Positions 48,398-60,522 of a stretch of 64,000 nucleotides of DNA are shown one piece after another. A model generated the notes under the pieces. It did no database searches and was not told the DNA's origin. It was given only the letters and a program-made list of their open reading frames with translations. Position numbers and translations under genes: made by a program. Each line of letters opens with the position of its first letter. The stretch's first letter is position 1. This DNA is from an uncultured Hormoscilla sp. (GTDB lineage: Bacteria > Cyanobacteriota > Cyanobacteriia > Cyanobacteriales > Desertifilaceae), in NCBI GenBank assembly GCA_963921275.4, contig OZ001293.3:1888001-1952000 (forward strand). The letters are read 5' to 3'.

Positions 48398-49562
48398 AAA
48401 CGTCTGATTGTTCTACCACTCCTGCTAATTTTCCCTTACTATCCACTACCGCGATCGCCTCTCCCTCTTGGCAGAGGTGAAAAATTTCCTCTAGCTTAGT
48501 TGTCTTATCTACCTTGGGGAAATCTCTTGCCATCGCCTTGGCAATATCATTTTCACCCACTTCCAGGGCCTTGGCAAGTCTAGCTGCTGTCACTAATCCT
48601 ACTGGTTTGCCATCGCCGTCAACCACGTACTTCTGTTTGCGCTCTTCTGCGCTCATTTCGATCGTGGCTGCCTTAACCGATTTACTCTCTAGTATAAATG
48701 AATTGGGATTGCGGGCGATCGCGCCTACTTTAATTACGCTAGCGCGGTTAACATCCTTAATAAATGCTTTAATATAGTCATCAGCTGGTAAAGTAATTAT
48801 TTCTTCCGGGGTTCCCAACTGGACCACATATCCATCCTTCATCACCGCTAGGCGATCGGCCAGTTTCAGCGCCTCTTGAATATCGTGACTAATGAACACA
48901 ATTGTTTTCTGCAATTCCTTTTGCAGTCGGATGAGCTCATCTTGCATCTCCCGCCTAATCAGAGGATCCAGAGCCGAAAACGCCTCATCCATCAACAATA
49001 TGGGAGCATCTGTTGCTAATGCACGGGCTAAACCCACCCGTTGCTGCATTCCCCCACTCAGTGCCGATGGATAGTAGTCCACCCACTGATTTAAACCGAC
49101 AACCTCTAAAGTCTCCAAAGCTTTTTGTCGGCGTTGGTTTTTTTCTACACCCCGCACCTTCAAACCATAGGCCGCATTTTCTGCCACTGTTTTGTGGGGA
49201 AACAGACCAAATCTCTGAAATACCATTGTCACTTGCGTGCGACGCAACTCCCGCATCCGTTCGGAACTGACATGGGCTATATCTTCGCCATCTATATAGA
49301 TATGGCCGCTAGTCGCAGGAATTAGACTGTTAATGCAGCGCACCAATGTTGACTTTCCCGAACCCGATAGCCCCATGACCACGAATAATTCCCCCTCACT
49401 TATTTCCAGAGAAACATCCGCTACCCCAACTACATTTCCCGTCGCCTCTAATATATAATCTTTCGTCGCACCATCTCTAAACATTTTCAGGGCTTTCCGA
49501 GGATTCTTTCCGTAGATTTTGATCAGATTCTCGATGATTATTTTCGGTTTACTGCTCTTCAT
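48363..49562 (-). CDS. proV: Glycine betaine/proline ABC transporter ATPase with CBS domains
   Basis: GLSGSGKS, LSGGMQQRVG, DEAFSALDPLIR. Confidence 0.95.
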   Translation of the reverse strand: MKSSKPKIIIENLIKIYGKNPRKALKMFRDGATKDYILEATGNVVGVADVSLEISEGELFVVMGLSGSGKSTLVRCINSLIPATSGHIYIDGEDIAHVSSERMRELRRTQVTMVFQRFGLFPHKTVAENAAYGLKVRGVEKNQRRQKALETLEVVGLNQWVDYYPSALSGGMQQRVGLARALATDAPILLMDEAFSALDPLIRREMQDELIRLQKELQKTIVFISHDIQEALKLADRLAVMKDGYVVQLGTPEEIITLPADDYIKAFIKDVNRASVIKVGAIARNPNSFILESKSVKAATIEMSAEERKQKYVVDGDGKPVGLVTAARLAKALEVGENDIAKAMARDFPKVDKTTKLEEIFHLCQEGEAIAVVDSKGKLAGVVEQSDVFANIVKKNEQV

Positions 49563-49613
49563 TGTTATATTTAGTATACTATAGTTAACTCAGTCTAGTG
49601 ATGGGAGAATGCT

Positions 49614-49796
49614 ATGTTTGGACTCGGATGGCCCGAAGTAGGTGTAATTGCCATAGCTGCTATTGTCATTTTCGGTCCCAAGAAGATTCCCGAGATGGGA
49701 AAAGCCTTGGGCCAAACTTTGCGCGGCTTCAAGGATGAGATGAACAAGCCTGAAACCGCCGATACCCCGTCCCTTGAGACAGATAAGGAAGTCTAA
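49614..49796 (+). CDS. tatA: Twin-arginine translocase TatA/TatE
   Basis: FGPKKIPEMGKALG...GFK. Confidence 0.92.
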   Translation: MFGLGWPEVGVIAIAAIVIFGPKKIPEMGKALGQTLRGFKDEMNKPETADTPSLETDKEV

Positions 49797-49858
49797 CATC
49801 TCTTCAAGAAACCGGGTTTCTCTTCTACAAGATAAAACCCGGTTTCTGGTTATTGGTC

Positions 49859-52564
49859 CTAATCCGATCTCTTCGATTTATCCCGATTTTTCGCGTAGCG
49901 TTCCTGGGGCTGTCGGGCCTCTATCAAGCGAATGGCACGGCTGACTATTTCGGGCAAAACTACCACGAGACTGTCCTTGCTGGCCATATCCAACGCCGTC
50001 TCGATCGCCTCTGCTTCATCCAGAATTGTTTCATACCGACAATCACTCTGAGTTGCTTTTATCCCCTCGGAGATCAAATCTGCTGCATCCCCCCGCGGAC
50101 GGCCCCGGGTATCGTCATCTTCCTTGACAATAATCCGATCGAACATTTGGGCAGATAGCTTGCCCAGGGTGAAGAAATCTTCGTCCCGACGATCGCCCGG
50201 TCCTCCCACCACCCCAATCCGTTCTCCAGGCCAATTGCGGACAAAACCCGCCAGGGCTTCGTAAGAATGGGGATTGTGAGCATAGTCGATCAGGGCACTA
50301 AAGTCACCCAGATCGAACAGATTCATCCGTCCGGGGGTCTGGGCCGTCGAGGCCACAAAGCTGCTTAAAGCTGCCCGAATATGCTCGATCTCCACTCCCT
50401 GGGCAAAAGCTGCCAAGCATGCAGCCAAGGCATTAGCAATCATAAAGGGCGCCCGGCCTTTCATGGTCAGGGGCACCTGGACCGCCTCTTCTATCCGCAG
50501 CTTCCAATCCCCTTGCAAAATTGACAGATAACCCTCTTCATATACTGCTGCCAAACCGCCCTTTTCCACATGCCGTTGCAGTATCTGATTGTCTGAGTGC
50601 ATTGAGAAATAAGCCACCTTCCCCTGCAACCTTCGATGCACTCGGGACGCGCTAATCGCACTGTCCCTCGCGCATCGATTAGCCATCCCCTACCACCAAA
50701 GGATCGTCGGCATTCAGCACTGCATAACCGTTTGGCCTTACCGCTTCTGCCACCACTGCCTTCACTTGAGCCATTTGCTCAATGGTATCTATATCTCCCA
50801 GGCCCAGATGGTCAGCTGCCACATTCAGCACGACCCCGACATCATGCCCATCGAAGGCCAGGCCACTCCGGAGAATCCCACCCCTCGCCGTCTCCAGCAC
50901 CGCTACTTCTATCGTTGGGTCTTTGAGAATCAACTCAGCACTCTGGGGACCAGTATTGTCCCCCTTTTCCACCATATAGTCGCCGATATAGGTGCCATCG
51001 GTGGTCGTATAGCCGATCGTCTGTCCCGTCTGCTTAAATATATGGGCAATCAGCCGGGTAGTCGTCGTCTTCCCATTCGTTCCCGTCACCGCGATAATCG
51101 GTATGCGACTACTCGTTCCAGGGGGAAATAGCATATCGAGTACCGGGGCCGCCACATTCCGAGCAATCCCCTGACTGGGGCTGACATGCATCCGGAATCC
51201 CGGTGCCGCGTTCACTTCCACTACTACACCTTCAGTCTCCCGTAGAGGCCGGCTGATATCTTCCGTGACAATATCCAGTCCTGCTATGTCCAAACCAATA
51301 GTTTTTACTACCCGTTGGCACAACCAGATATTTTCCGCATGAATTTCGTCCGTGCGATCGATCGCTATGCCGCAGTGCTCAGATTCGCCGTTGCCCGCAA
51401 CGGACAGAATTGTCCTTTTTTGGGGATGCTATCGAGGGTATAGCCCAGCCTATCCAATAGCTGTAGACTGGTGCGATCTACTTCTAGGCGTGTAAGCACA
51501 TTATCATGGCCCTTCCCCCGAGCTGGGTCTCGATTTGTTTCGTCGATCAGTTCTGAAATTGTGGACTTCCCATCTTCCACCACATGGGCCGGTACCCGTT
51601 CTGCCACCGCTACCACCTTCCCATTCACCACCAATACCCGATGGTCTCGTCCTCGATAATAGCGCTCCACGATCGCCTTTTTGCTTTTGGAAGCCTCAAT
51701 GGCTGCATCGTATGCTGCTTCTGCTTCCGACCATTCCTCTATCTCGAGCGTGATTCCCCGTCCGTGATTGCCATCTAGGGGTTTGATCACCACCGGGTAC
51801 CCCCCCACATCCGCGATCGCATCTTCCAGGTCTTCCAGGAATTCGATCGTCGTCCCCTGGGGCACTGGCACCCCTGCATTTTCTAGCACTCTTTTCGTAC
51901 CTTCCTTATCGCAGGCCAGTTCTACTCCCAATATACTGGTGCGATCGCTCATTGTTGCTTGCAGTCTTTTTTGCTTTATTCCATAACCCAGCTGGATAAT
52001 GAAGCGTGCCGCCAGAGGCATCCAGGGAATGTCTCGCGCCTCTGCTTCCTTTATCAGCATCGTCGTTGAAGGGCTCTTTGCTGCTTGGGCCCACAACTCT
52101 TTGAGATCCCGTAAATCTTGCTCCAACTCTGATTTTGGATAGCTGCCCCTGTCTGCTATACTCCTGCACATGCGGACCGCTGCTCTGCCTGCGTAGCGAC
52201 CTGCCTTCTCCTCTAGATACTCAAACACCACATTGTACACCCCTGGGGTTGCCGTTTCCCGCGTCCGGCCAAATCCCACCTGCATGCCTGCTAACGTTTG
52301 CAGTTCCAGGGCTACATGTTCTACTATATGTCCCATATAAGTGCCCTTGTCCAGTCGTTGCAGGAACCCTCCCCGGCACCCTGGCGAGCAGTAATGTTCG
52401 ATTAAACTTGGCAGCGCCGACCTCAATCCCTCATAGAAACCTGGGATTTCATTTGATGGCCTGTCCGCCAGTTCTTCTAAATCTAGACGGATAACTATCA
52501 GTTGCCTGCGGCGAATGCTCCAGTAATTTGGACCGCGTAATGTTAAGGTTTTTATAATTTTCAT
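49859..52564 (-). pseudogene. cphA: Cyanophycin synthetase in three pieces
   Basis: LRGPNYWS, KPLDGNHGRG, GTNGKTTT, DYAHNP; 1-bp deletion near 51372, extra G near 50688, 42-bp insert at 50634. Confidence 0.93.
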
Positions 52565-52885
52565 GAGCCTCAGCAGCTGTTTTTTGTTGACTGAATTGTT
52601 TACTTTTGCCTGTTGCCTGTTTGCTATCTTTTCATGCTGTCAACATTCTACTGCTTGCCGCTTCTGTTTCTTTGGTAACACTGCTTGTCCCACCCGTGCC
52701 CTAGTTTTATGTTAACTTTTCAGCCGCGACCTCAGCATCTAGCCGTCTTCTTCTCTCAACTGTTCACCATGAACCTTTTTTCTCCTACCTTGCGGTGTCT
52801 CCCGACGATGCCGATGCGTGCGCGCATCGCCCTTAGTCGCACTACTTTTTCTCTCCTCTCATATCTGGAGCCAATTTTTCAATAG

Positions 52886-53764
52886 TTAACTAACATTTTT
52901 GCGATGTTCTGGCATTATCACTTTCCGAGAACGAATATTGTAGCGATCGCCATGACTTAGGATATGTACTCGCAGATTGTAAGCACTCAGTGGAGCTGTC
53001 GCCGTCACATATGGTTCATTTGTGTATTACATTTCCCCTGGGTCTATGATCGTTACCGTTCCTTTCCCCATCACTACTATTGTACCATCCCTTTCTACTA
53101 ACGCACAGGTATCTTCATCTATTCCCATTCCCAGTCTATAGCGGAATATTGCGATCGCGCTCATCAGCCGTCCCATCCGATTGCGATTATAAAAATGCTG
53201 GTCCACTATCACTTCTGGCACTATCGATAGACCTGTTGTCAAGTCTACCAGTGAGCGATTTGGATACTCACCACTTCCTCCACCAGCAATCATTTCCTGT
53301 CCCATCACTGCTGCACCTGCACTGGTTCCCGCCAGAGTTATTTCCCCTGCCAAGGTTCTGCTGCGGATTATTTCCATCACTGGCGTATCCGCTAGCAACC
53401 CACATAGTCGCAGCTGGTCCCCACCCGTGATAAATACCCCTGTACAATTTGCCACATATTCCTTCCACTGCTGGTCATCTCCCTGGGCCCGATCGCGGAT
53501 ATCTATCGCCTTTATTTCCTTCGCCCCCATTTCCGCGAATATTCGCCAGTACCTTTCCCCGATCGCCCCTGGTTCTCGGGACGCTGACGGCACTATCGCT
53601 ATTTTCGCCGCCCTTGAGCCAGCACGAGCAAAAAATGTATGTAGTATCTCCCTGCCATGCACTTTATCTTCTGCACCACCTATGATCATGATGGCTGTTT
53701 TCGTCTGTTGGCCTTAAAGTTCTTTCACTTGCTGCGGGTGGGATTGCGATTTCATCTGCAACAT
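52886..53764 (-). pseudogene. cphB: Cyanophycinase with two in-frame TAA stops (53714-53716 and 53027-53029)
   Basis: IIGGAEDK, GTSAGA, DQHF; the frame continues past both stops. Confidence 0.9.
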
Positions 53765-54202
53765 TATCTTTGTCCGTAGTACCTTCAATCATAACAGCCT
53801 CCTGAGTTTTCTTCTTATATCGCTTTTTTCCCAGCGAGCGCCGTCCGATTTTTCCGGCACGGTGTGCTATGAGCTGACAATCAGTTAAACAATTATCAAT
53901 AATTTTCCACCCTCGTTCCCTGGGGACCGCCTGGGAACGTGAGGGCATCGTGGGAGCATCTTGGAGAGCTAATTTTTCCTGTTTGTCTTCCAGGTATGGA
54001 TCCATTAGCTGCCGATGTCACAGGACTTGGGTGATATTCTATTTTTACATCCGAGTCCTGTGACATCCTCGAAGCCATATTTGGGACGAGCCGGCGATGC
54101 GCGAGGGACAGCGTCCCTCGCGCATCGTAGGTCGGCAACTCCTCTGCTAAGTATGACTTATAATGATATAATACTACATCCTGCTTGTCAAGTGACCGTA
54201 CC

Positions 54203-54922
54203 GTGAGATTCGATCTTGTCACCTTATTTCCCGATTTTTTTACCTCGCCCCTCAGTTCTGGACTGTTGGGTAAGGCGCTAGGGAAAAATATCGCGCAAGT
54301 CAAGTTGGTCAATCCCCGAGATTTTACCACCGATAACCATCGCCAAGTGGATGACACGCCCTATGGCGGCGGCGTTGGCATGCTGCTCAAACCAGAACCG
54401 GTCTTTGCGGCGGTGGAGTCCCTACCGGAGTTGCCCCAAAGAGATATTATCCTGATGACGCCCCAAGGTCAAGCCCTAACTCAGAACTTATTGAAAAAAT
54501 GGGCGAGTGTTTACGATCAGTTGATAATCCTCTGCGGTAATTACGAAGGCTTCGATGAGCGAGTGCTACATCTAGTCACCCGCGAGGTGTCTTTGGGGGA
54601 TTTTGTCCTGACTTGTGGGGAAATACCGGCACTAGCGATCGTTAATGGCGTGGTCCGGTTGTTACCCGGGACGGTGGGCAAGTCAGAATCCCTCAAGGCT
54701 GAGAGCTTTGAGTCGGGATTGCTAGATTATCCCCAGTATACCAGACCAGCTGAGTTTCGGGGATGGAAAGTCCCGGATGTCTTGCTCTCAGGACATCATG
54801 GCCAGATTGAGCGCTGGCGATATCAGCAGCAGCTGGAACGCACCCGCCAACGGCGTCCAGATCTATATGCTGCTTGGTTGGAAAAATCTGGTTCTGAAGC
54901 CCCCGTGCAGGACCAACCTTAA
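54203..54922 (+). CDS. trmD: tRNA (guanine-N1)-methyltransferase
   Basis: VDDTPYGGGVGM, SLGDFVL, YPQYTRP. Confidence 0.96.
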   Translation: MRFDLVTLFPDFFTSPLSSGLLGKALGKNIAQVKLVNPRDFTTDNHRQVDDTPYGGGVGMLLKPEPVFAAVESLPELPQRDIILMTPQGQALTQNLLKKWASVYDQLIILCGNYEGFDERVLHLVTREVSLGDFVLTCGEIPALAIVNGVVRLLPGTVGKSESLKAESFESGLLDYPQYTRPAEFRGWKVPDVLLSGHHGQIERWRYQQQLERTRQRRPDLYAAWLEKSGSEAPVQDQP

Positions 54923-54923
54923 G

Positions 54924-55305
54924 TTAAAGAATGGTCAGATAAGTTTGATTCGATTCGGTGGGGAGGACTTTCAGTTGATGGTTGTGCAGGTCCAGTTCGA
55001 TACCGTTCGCGCAGCGTAGCGATAGCGTGTAGCCATGGGCTTCTAGAGGAATGACTCCCAATAAGGCATCTCTTTGTCCTGGTAGTTCCAAGCATTCAAA
55101 AGTACCTTCTCGTCCCAGTAAAGAAATTTTAGCGCAGCGTGTCTTGGAAGATTCTGGCTTTCTTAAGTCCTGCGGCGGTGATGACATCAACTTCTTTCAG
55201 GAGGTCGAGACCCAGTTGGGCGATCGCCTGCGGGAGCCGGCAGAGGGTGGTAGCACCGGTATCGATGAGTACGTTGTCTAAAGCGATCGAGCGGATTTGT
55301 CCTTC
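54924..55305 (-). pseudogene. Clan AA aspartic protease relic with micro-insertions
   Basis: VLIDTGATT, LLGVIPLEA; inserts at ~55005-55040 and ~55130. Confidence 0.75.
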
Positions 55306-55452
55306 ACAGACGTGGATTGGCAACTGGCAATATATTACCATCGGCAACCTGCAAGACGACGATCGCGATGAACGACTGCCCTTCATACACAAAGCCATTC
55401 GGTGGCGATAAACAAGTAACGATTCCCCAAATAGGTCAGAACCATGGCGCCC

Positions 55453-55683
55453 ACGGAAGAGTCGTACCCGGGTACAAAAGAGTTGTACTCGGGTACGCAA
55501 GAGTTGTACTCGGGTACGCAAGAGTTGTACTCGGGTACGCAAGAGTTGTACTTGGGTACGCAAGAGTTGTATTCTGGTACGCAAGAGTCGTACTCGGGTA
55601 CGGAAGAGTCGTACTTGGGTACGCAAGAGTCGTACTCGGGTACGGAAGAGTCGTACTCGGGTACGCAAAAGTCGTACTCCATA
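55453..55683. repeat. 21-bp tandem repeat, about 11 copies
   Basis: Consensus ACGCAAGAGTYGTACTCGGGT, contiguous with no spacers. Confidence 0.95.
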
Positions 55684-56029
55684 CGTAACTGCTCCCTGCT
55701 TCTTACTCTTTACTTATTGCTGGACGCTAAATCATTACATCTTTATCTCTACCAGTCATTCACCTCCTCATGTTACGCAGGCTCTTTTGATTCCTTTTAC
55801 AATTTCAAAACATCCTCTAAAACTTGAAACTCTTTGCACATAGGAATCTTAGCTTTGAACCAGACAATGTACCAGTCCCGAAAAGTCATGTTGCGAATAA
55901 AATTTAAACATTGGATACAGGTGATATTTGGGCGAGTCAGCAAACTTATCCCTTTTTCGACCCAGATTAGCAAAATTCAAAGGAGGTAGGCAGCCATTAT
56001 GGAATGGCACTGACGACGAAGGAGTGAAA

Positions 56030-56306
56030 AAAAGCCATGCGGGAAGTCTCCGGGCAAGTCTCTCCACTTACAGCCATTGACAACCACATAAAAAATAGCA
56101 TTGAGGACAGATAACATCCAAACTTCACGTGGACGACCTCCTGTTTTTGCTGGTGGAATCAGCGGTTCAATTAAGTCATATTGGTCTTGAGTCAGGTTAC
56201 TGGTGTATGCTGAGCGTCATAGCTCACATGGGGCAACAGTTTTACATATCTTTAGCCTATACCATGTGGGCTTTCTTACACACTTTTCGACTTTTCAAAC
56301 AGCCTC
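56030..56306 (-). mobile_element. IS5/IS1031-group relic (left end plus transposase N-terminus)
   Basis: TIR GAGGCTGTTTGAAAAGT at 56306; [27 protein letters not shown]...[12 protein letters not shown]. Confidence 0.85.
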
Positions 56307-57190
56307 TCACTCCCAGCAATATTACGCCCAGTCAGCGATCGAACCTCGTCTATGCTTTGGGAACCCCTGGGATACGACTTTGGCACGGAAGCACGACATG
56401 ACTCTTTCAAACAACTGATGCCCGATGGAGCCGTCACTATCGGCGACACGCAAGTTCCTGCCAACCCCTATGACGCCCGTCAGATGGTGGATCATTTAGA
56501 AATCAACCCGTGGGAGGCTAAATCTCTCATTTGGACATTAAACCTGGAACTAACCCCTATTTACGCGATCTCCCCGGTGGGAGCCTTTGCGGCAGATATC
56601 TACGAAGTGATGCAATATATGCTTGCTGGTCAGGTATTATCAGAAGAGGATGAAAACTATATCGAACGAGTGAGTATTACCGGTAAGCTCACCGACAAAA
56701 CCGTCAAACTATTTTCCGGTCAAATCGTTCCCGTTCTCAAGGTGAACAGCCCTAGAAGAATGTACGGTTGGAAAGTGAATACTCTAGTTTCCTCGGCATT
56801 GCAAGTGGTCGGTACGGAACTTGAAGTTGCCGAGGAAACGATAATGCGCCGTTCCATCAGCAGTTTCTTCAATCGAGTCTATTACGACTTGCGAAATCTG
56901 GAAAAAATGGCTCGCGATCGGGCCCTGAACTTCGCCGCCACAAATGCCTTCTAAGCCGTGCAAACCTTCTCAGAAGCAGTGGCGCGCGGCCTGGAACTCG
57001 ACAGCATTAACGTGGGAAAAAGCCCCTTCTGTCGCTATGGTAGCGAATGCTGGGATGTTAAGTTAAAATTCTTCGACCCAGAAAACAGTCGCAGGGGGCA
57101 GGAGGGGGAGTGTTTCCGTTTACCATTGAGGTGAGCGATCGGACTCCGGTTACCTTAGGTGAAGTCCGTTCTTGGTCGGTATCCAAGTAA
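56307..57190 (+). pseudogene. Cyanobactin maturation protease (PatA/PatG) C-terminal DUF relic
   Basis: VYALGT/LGYDFGTEAR.DSFKQLM, ANPYDARQMVDHL, DRALNFAATNAF*, ECWDVKLKFFDPEN; frameshifts and a stop. Confidence 0.88.
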
Positions 57191-57353
57191 GGATTAAAAC
57201 AATTAACAATCAATATCATCCCGTATGGGGCCATATGACGAGTACCCACGACCCAGAAACCAGGTATGAGCAAAAAACCTGGTTTCTTAATTTTCACTGG
57301 TAACTGGGCATTGTAAAATTAACTAGGTTTTGCTTGAGGGAAAAGATAACTGA

Positions 57354-57833
57354 ATGAATATCAGAATTGGCAACGGCTACGATATCCATCAGCTGGGTGG
57401 GGGACGCCCGCTGATTCTGGGAGGGGTGAATATTCCCCATGAGTTGGGACTGCTGGGACATTCTGATGCTGATGTCCTGACCCATGCAATTATGGACGGG
57501 ATGCTGGGGGCTTTGAGTCTGGGAGATATTGGTCATTATTTTCCTCCTTCTGACCCCCAGTGGGCGGGGGCTGATAGTCTGGTTTTGCTCAAGCAGGTAA
57601 ATCAGTTAATTGTCGATCGGGGCTGGCAGGTGGGAAATATTGACTCGGTGGTGGTGGCGGAACGTCCGAAACTTAAGCCCCATATTGCCCAGATGCGCGA
57701 TCGCCTGGCTGGTGTTCTGGCAGTAAAACCGGACCAAATTGGCATCAAAGCTACTACTAATGAGAAGTTAGGACCTGTGGGACGAGAAGAGGGTATTGCA
57801 GCTTATGCTGTGGTATTACTCGATCGGAAATAA
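57354..57833 (+). CDS. ispF: 2-C-methyl-D-erythritol 2,4-cyclodiphosphate synthase
   Basis: [24 protein letters not shown]. Confidence 0.97.
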   Translation: MNIRIGNGYDIHQLGGGRPLILGGVNIPHELGLLGHSDADVLTHAIMDGMLGALSLGDIGHYFPPSDPQWAGADSLVLLKQVNQLIVDRGWQVGNIDSVVVAERPKLKPHIAQMRDRLAGVLAVKPDQIGIKATTNEKLGPVGREEGIAAYAVVLLDRK

Positions 57834-58477
57834 GAGCTGTTCTCGGGAGGGAAGATGATTGAAAATTATTATGAAGCGGCGATGCCTCTCGGGTAGTGCG
57901 ATTACGATGTCCCCGGGGTAGTGCAATTAGCGCTCCCCGGGTACCATGTCGTAACCACTAGGCTAAGGTTTCAGGTGATAAATATTTATGTCTGGCTATA
58001 TAGATCGTCGAGCGCAATTCGCAATTTGCAATAGCGTTACGCGCACAATGTGCAACTTGGAGTTGATATTGGCGATCGCCGTCGATAATCTGCAAATAAA
58101 TTGTGGAAATCTCTACCGATGCCTTCCTGTTTATCGACGCTGTTTGCTATACAGATTTTTGGGCTGTGGAAGCATATAAAACATGGATGCGCCGCTCCCG
58201 ACAGGTGTCTCGCCTGTCGGGAAGTTGTCACTTGTCAGTATAATATAGCCCGAAAGCCAGACAAGTAATTTAAGCTAGTTTAACAAAATTTGACACAGTA
58301 CATAAAATTTATGTCAGACTACTTAGTATAATATATCTCGGGCAATTGTCTGATGAAACGTTATCTGCTATACTATAGCCTATTGTTGAGGATGTAATAC
58401 TATGCTGCAAACCCATCTCGGTCCCAGACTAATCCTAGGGTAGAAACAAACGAATAGCAAAAAAAGCAATTTATAAG

Positions 58478-60163
58478 ATGTCAGATATTAAAGATCTTCT
58501 CAGTTCAATTGTACCCGAAAAACTTACCACACAATGGCGTCGCACCATTAGACCCATAGGAGTATACGCATTGCAGGGTCTAGCATCCGATGGCGACCTG
58601 CTGGTGGCCCTAGACTCAGTGCGAGGGTATCTGCTACAGATAGATAGGGCGAGGGACAATGCCATTATCCTCAACCCTTATCATTACCCCCACTTCCAGT
58701 ACGCCACAGGGTTGGCCATCTGGGAGAAGACCCTATGGTTCGCTCTCGACGAGAGGGTGTATTACTGCGACTGGGGGGATCTGACACCCAAGGTATTTAC
58801 AACTTTACCCTATGAGGTCAATGGCGTAGCGGTATTGGAATCAATAGTATATGTCACATGTCGGCAGTTGGGCTACATCCTCATATTTGACCGCAACAGG
58901 GCGTCGGAGATCACCAGGATCAGAGCGCCAGGGGTGGGAGTAGAGAATATCACCATCAAGGGAGAAGAACTCTGGGTGGCAGACCGGGAGGAGCAAACAG
59001 TCTTCTGCTTGGACCGGGGGACTGGGGAAATTATCTTTAGCGTCCTCACCCCTTTTGAAAGTCCGACAGCTCTGACATTTCACAGAGGGCCAGACACAGA
59101 AGCAGAAATTCTCTATGTGGCCTATGCCGGTGAGGAGCCTTACATTCGAGATGACCCCAACTCCGAACCATCTTACCAGTTGACATGGCGCGATCGCACC
59201 TTCATCCATCCCCTGCATTACTACTACAACCAAGCTCAACATTACGTCATTTCCAACGGTTATCTGATCGAGATGTCCTATGTAGAGGAACTCTCCCCCC
59301 TAGAGGAATATTATTTAGAGAATCTGGAATGGCGGATTGCCCTGCCAGCGTCAACCCACCGGCAAAAAGTCAGGCAAGTGGAACCCATTGGCCTACCCTT
59401 CAGGGAAGAAGTCGAAGATGGTCAGCGGGTGGCCGTATTTAAGTTCGATCGCCTCAAACCCCATGAAGGGCGTATATTTGGCTGAAAAGCCCTGATCGAA
59501 GTCAGGAGTATCAAATATAATTTCGTGCCTCTAGACCTAGAAGAGATCCCCCCATTAGATCGGGAACTGCAAAAGCGTTATCTGGTGGATGATGACGACT
59601 TAGCGATGGACACAGAGACAGTCCGGCGGGCGGCCAAAGAGGCGATCGGGAGGGAAAGAAACTTCCTGCGGCAGATGATCTCGATTAGAAACTACGTCTA
59701 CGATCGACTATCCTACGGGATCAAACCAAAGATCGATCGTCCAGATATAGTCCTAGAACGAGGCATCGGTTCCTGCGGGGAGTACGTCGGCGTGTTACTA
59801 GGACTAGCACGCTTGAATGGCATAGCCTGCCGGACGATCGGTCGGTATAAATGTCCAGCAACCCCGGAGCAGCAAGGAGTCCCGCTGATACCAGACTTCA
59901 ATCATGTATGGTTAGAATTCTACATCCCCGGGTTTGGCTGGGTGCCGATGGAATCAAATCCCGATGATGTCGAAGACGGTCCCCACCTGACCCGATTTTT
60001 CATGGGATTAGCATGGTATCATATAGAAATAGGCAAAGGAATTTCCTTTGAAAAGCTGTTGCGCAACGGCAAACCTGTAAATAAAGAGGAAGTGTCCTTG
60101 GGGGATTTAGCCATCAATCATGTCAGATTCACAATAATAGAAGAACTGCCACCACCTGGGTAG
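58478..60163 (+). pseudogene. Beta-propeller plus transglutaminase protein with an in-frame TGA at 59483-59485
   Basis: GSCGEY, NHVWLE, GWVPME; the two ORFs are in the same frame. Confidence 0.85.
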
Positions 60164-60522
60164 TTCCTTAGTTGGTATACTTTGAAAGGGATCGACTTGC
60201 GCTTTATTACATTGTTGGTGTCCTGAGCGAGGGGGGCTCTAGCAGCAGTAACTCTGGTGAGCACAACTGCCAGACCCCCCGGAACGCGCAGCAGCTCCAT
60301 CGTGCGACGCAGGAGCGCTCTTCATCTCCTAAAGGGCGCGTGGAGATTGCTAGCCCTCCTGGCGTCGGGCCGCTGCGCTAGCGGGGGGTGTTACACAAAC
60401 TAAACAAGGATATCGTTATTTAGCTCCCCCCTCGTTCCGGACATTTGCTTAGCGCTTTTGCTCTTCAAGATATGGCCCTAAGAGCAAAGGGACCCTTCGC
60501 AGTATAGTTATCTTAGCTGCAG

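Noticed and set aside
55453..55683. Possible CRISPR array
   Set aside because: Units are contiguous 21-mers with no unique spacers, and no cas genes are present
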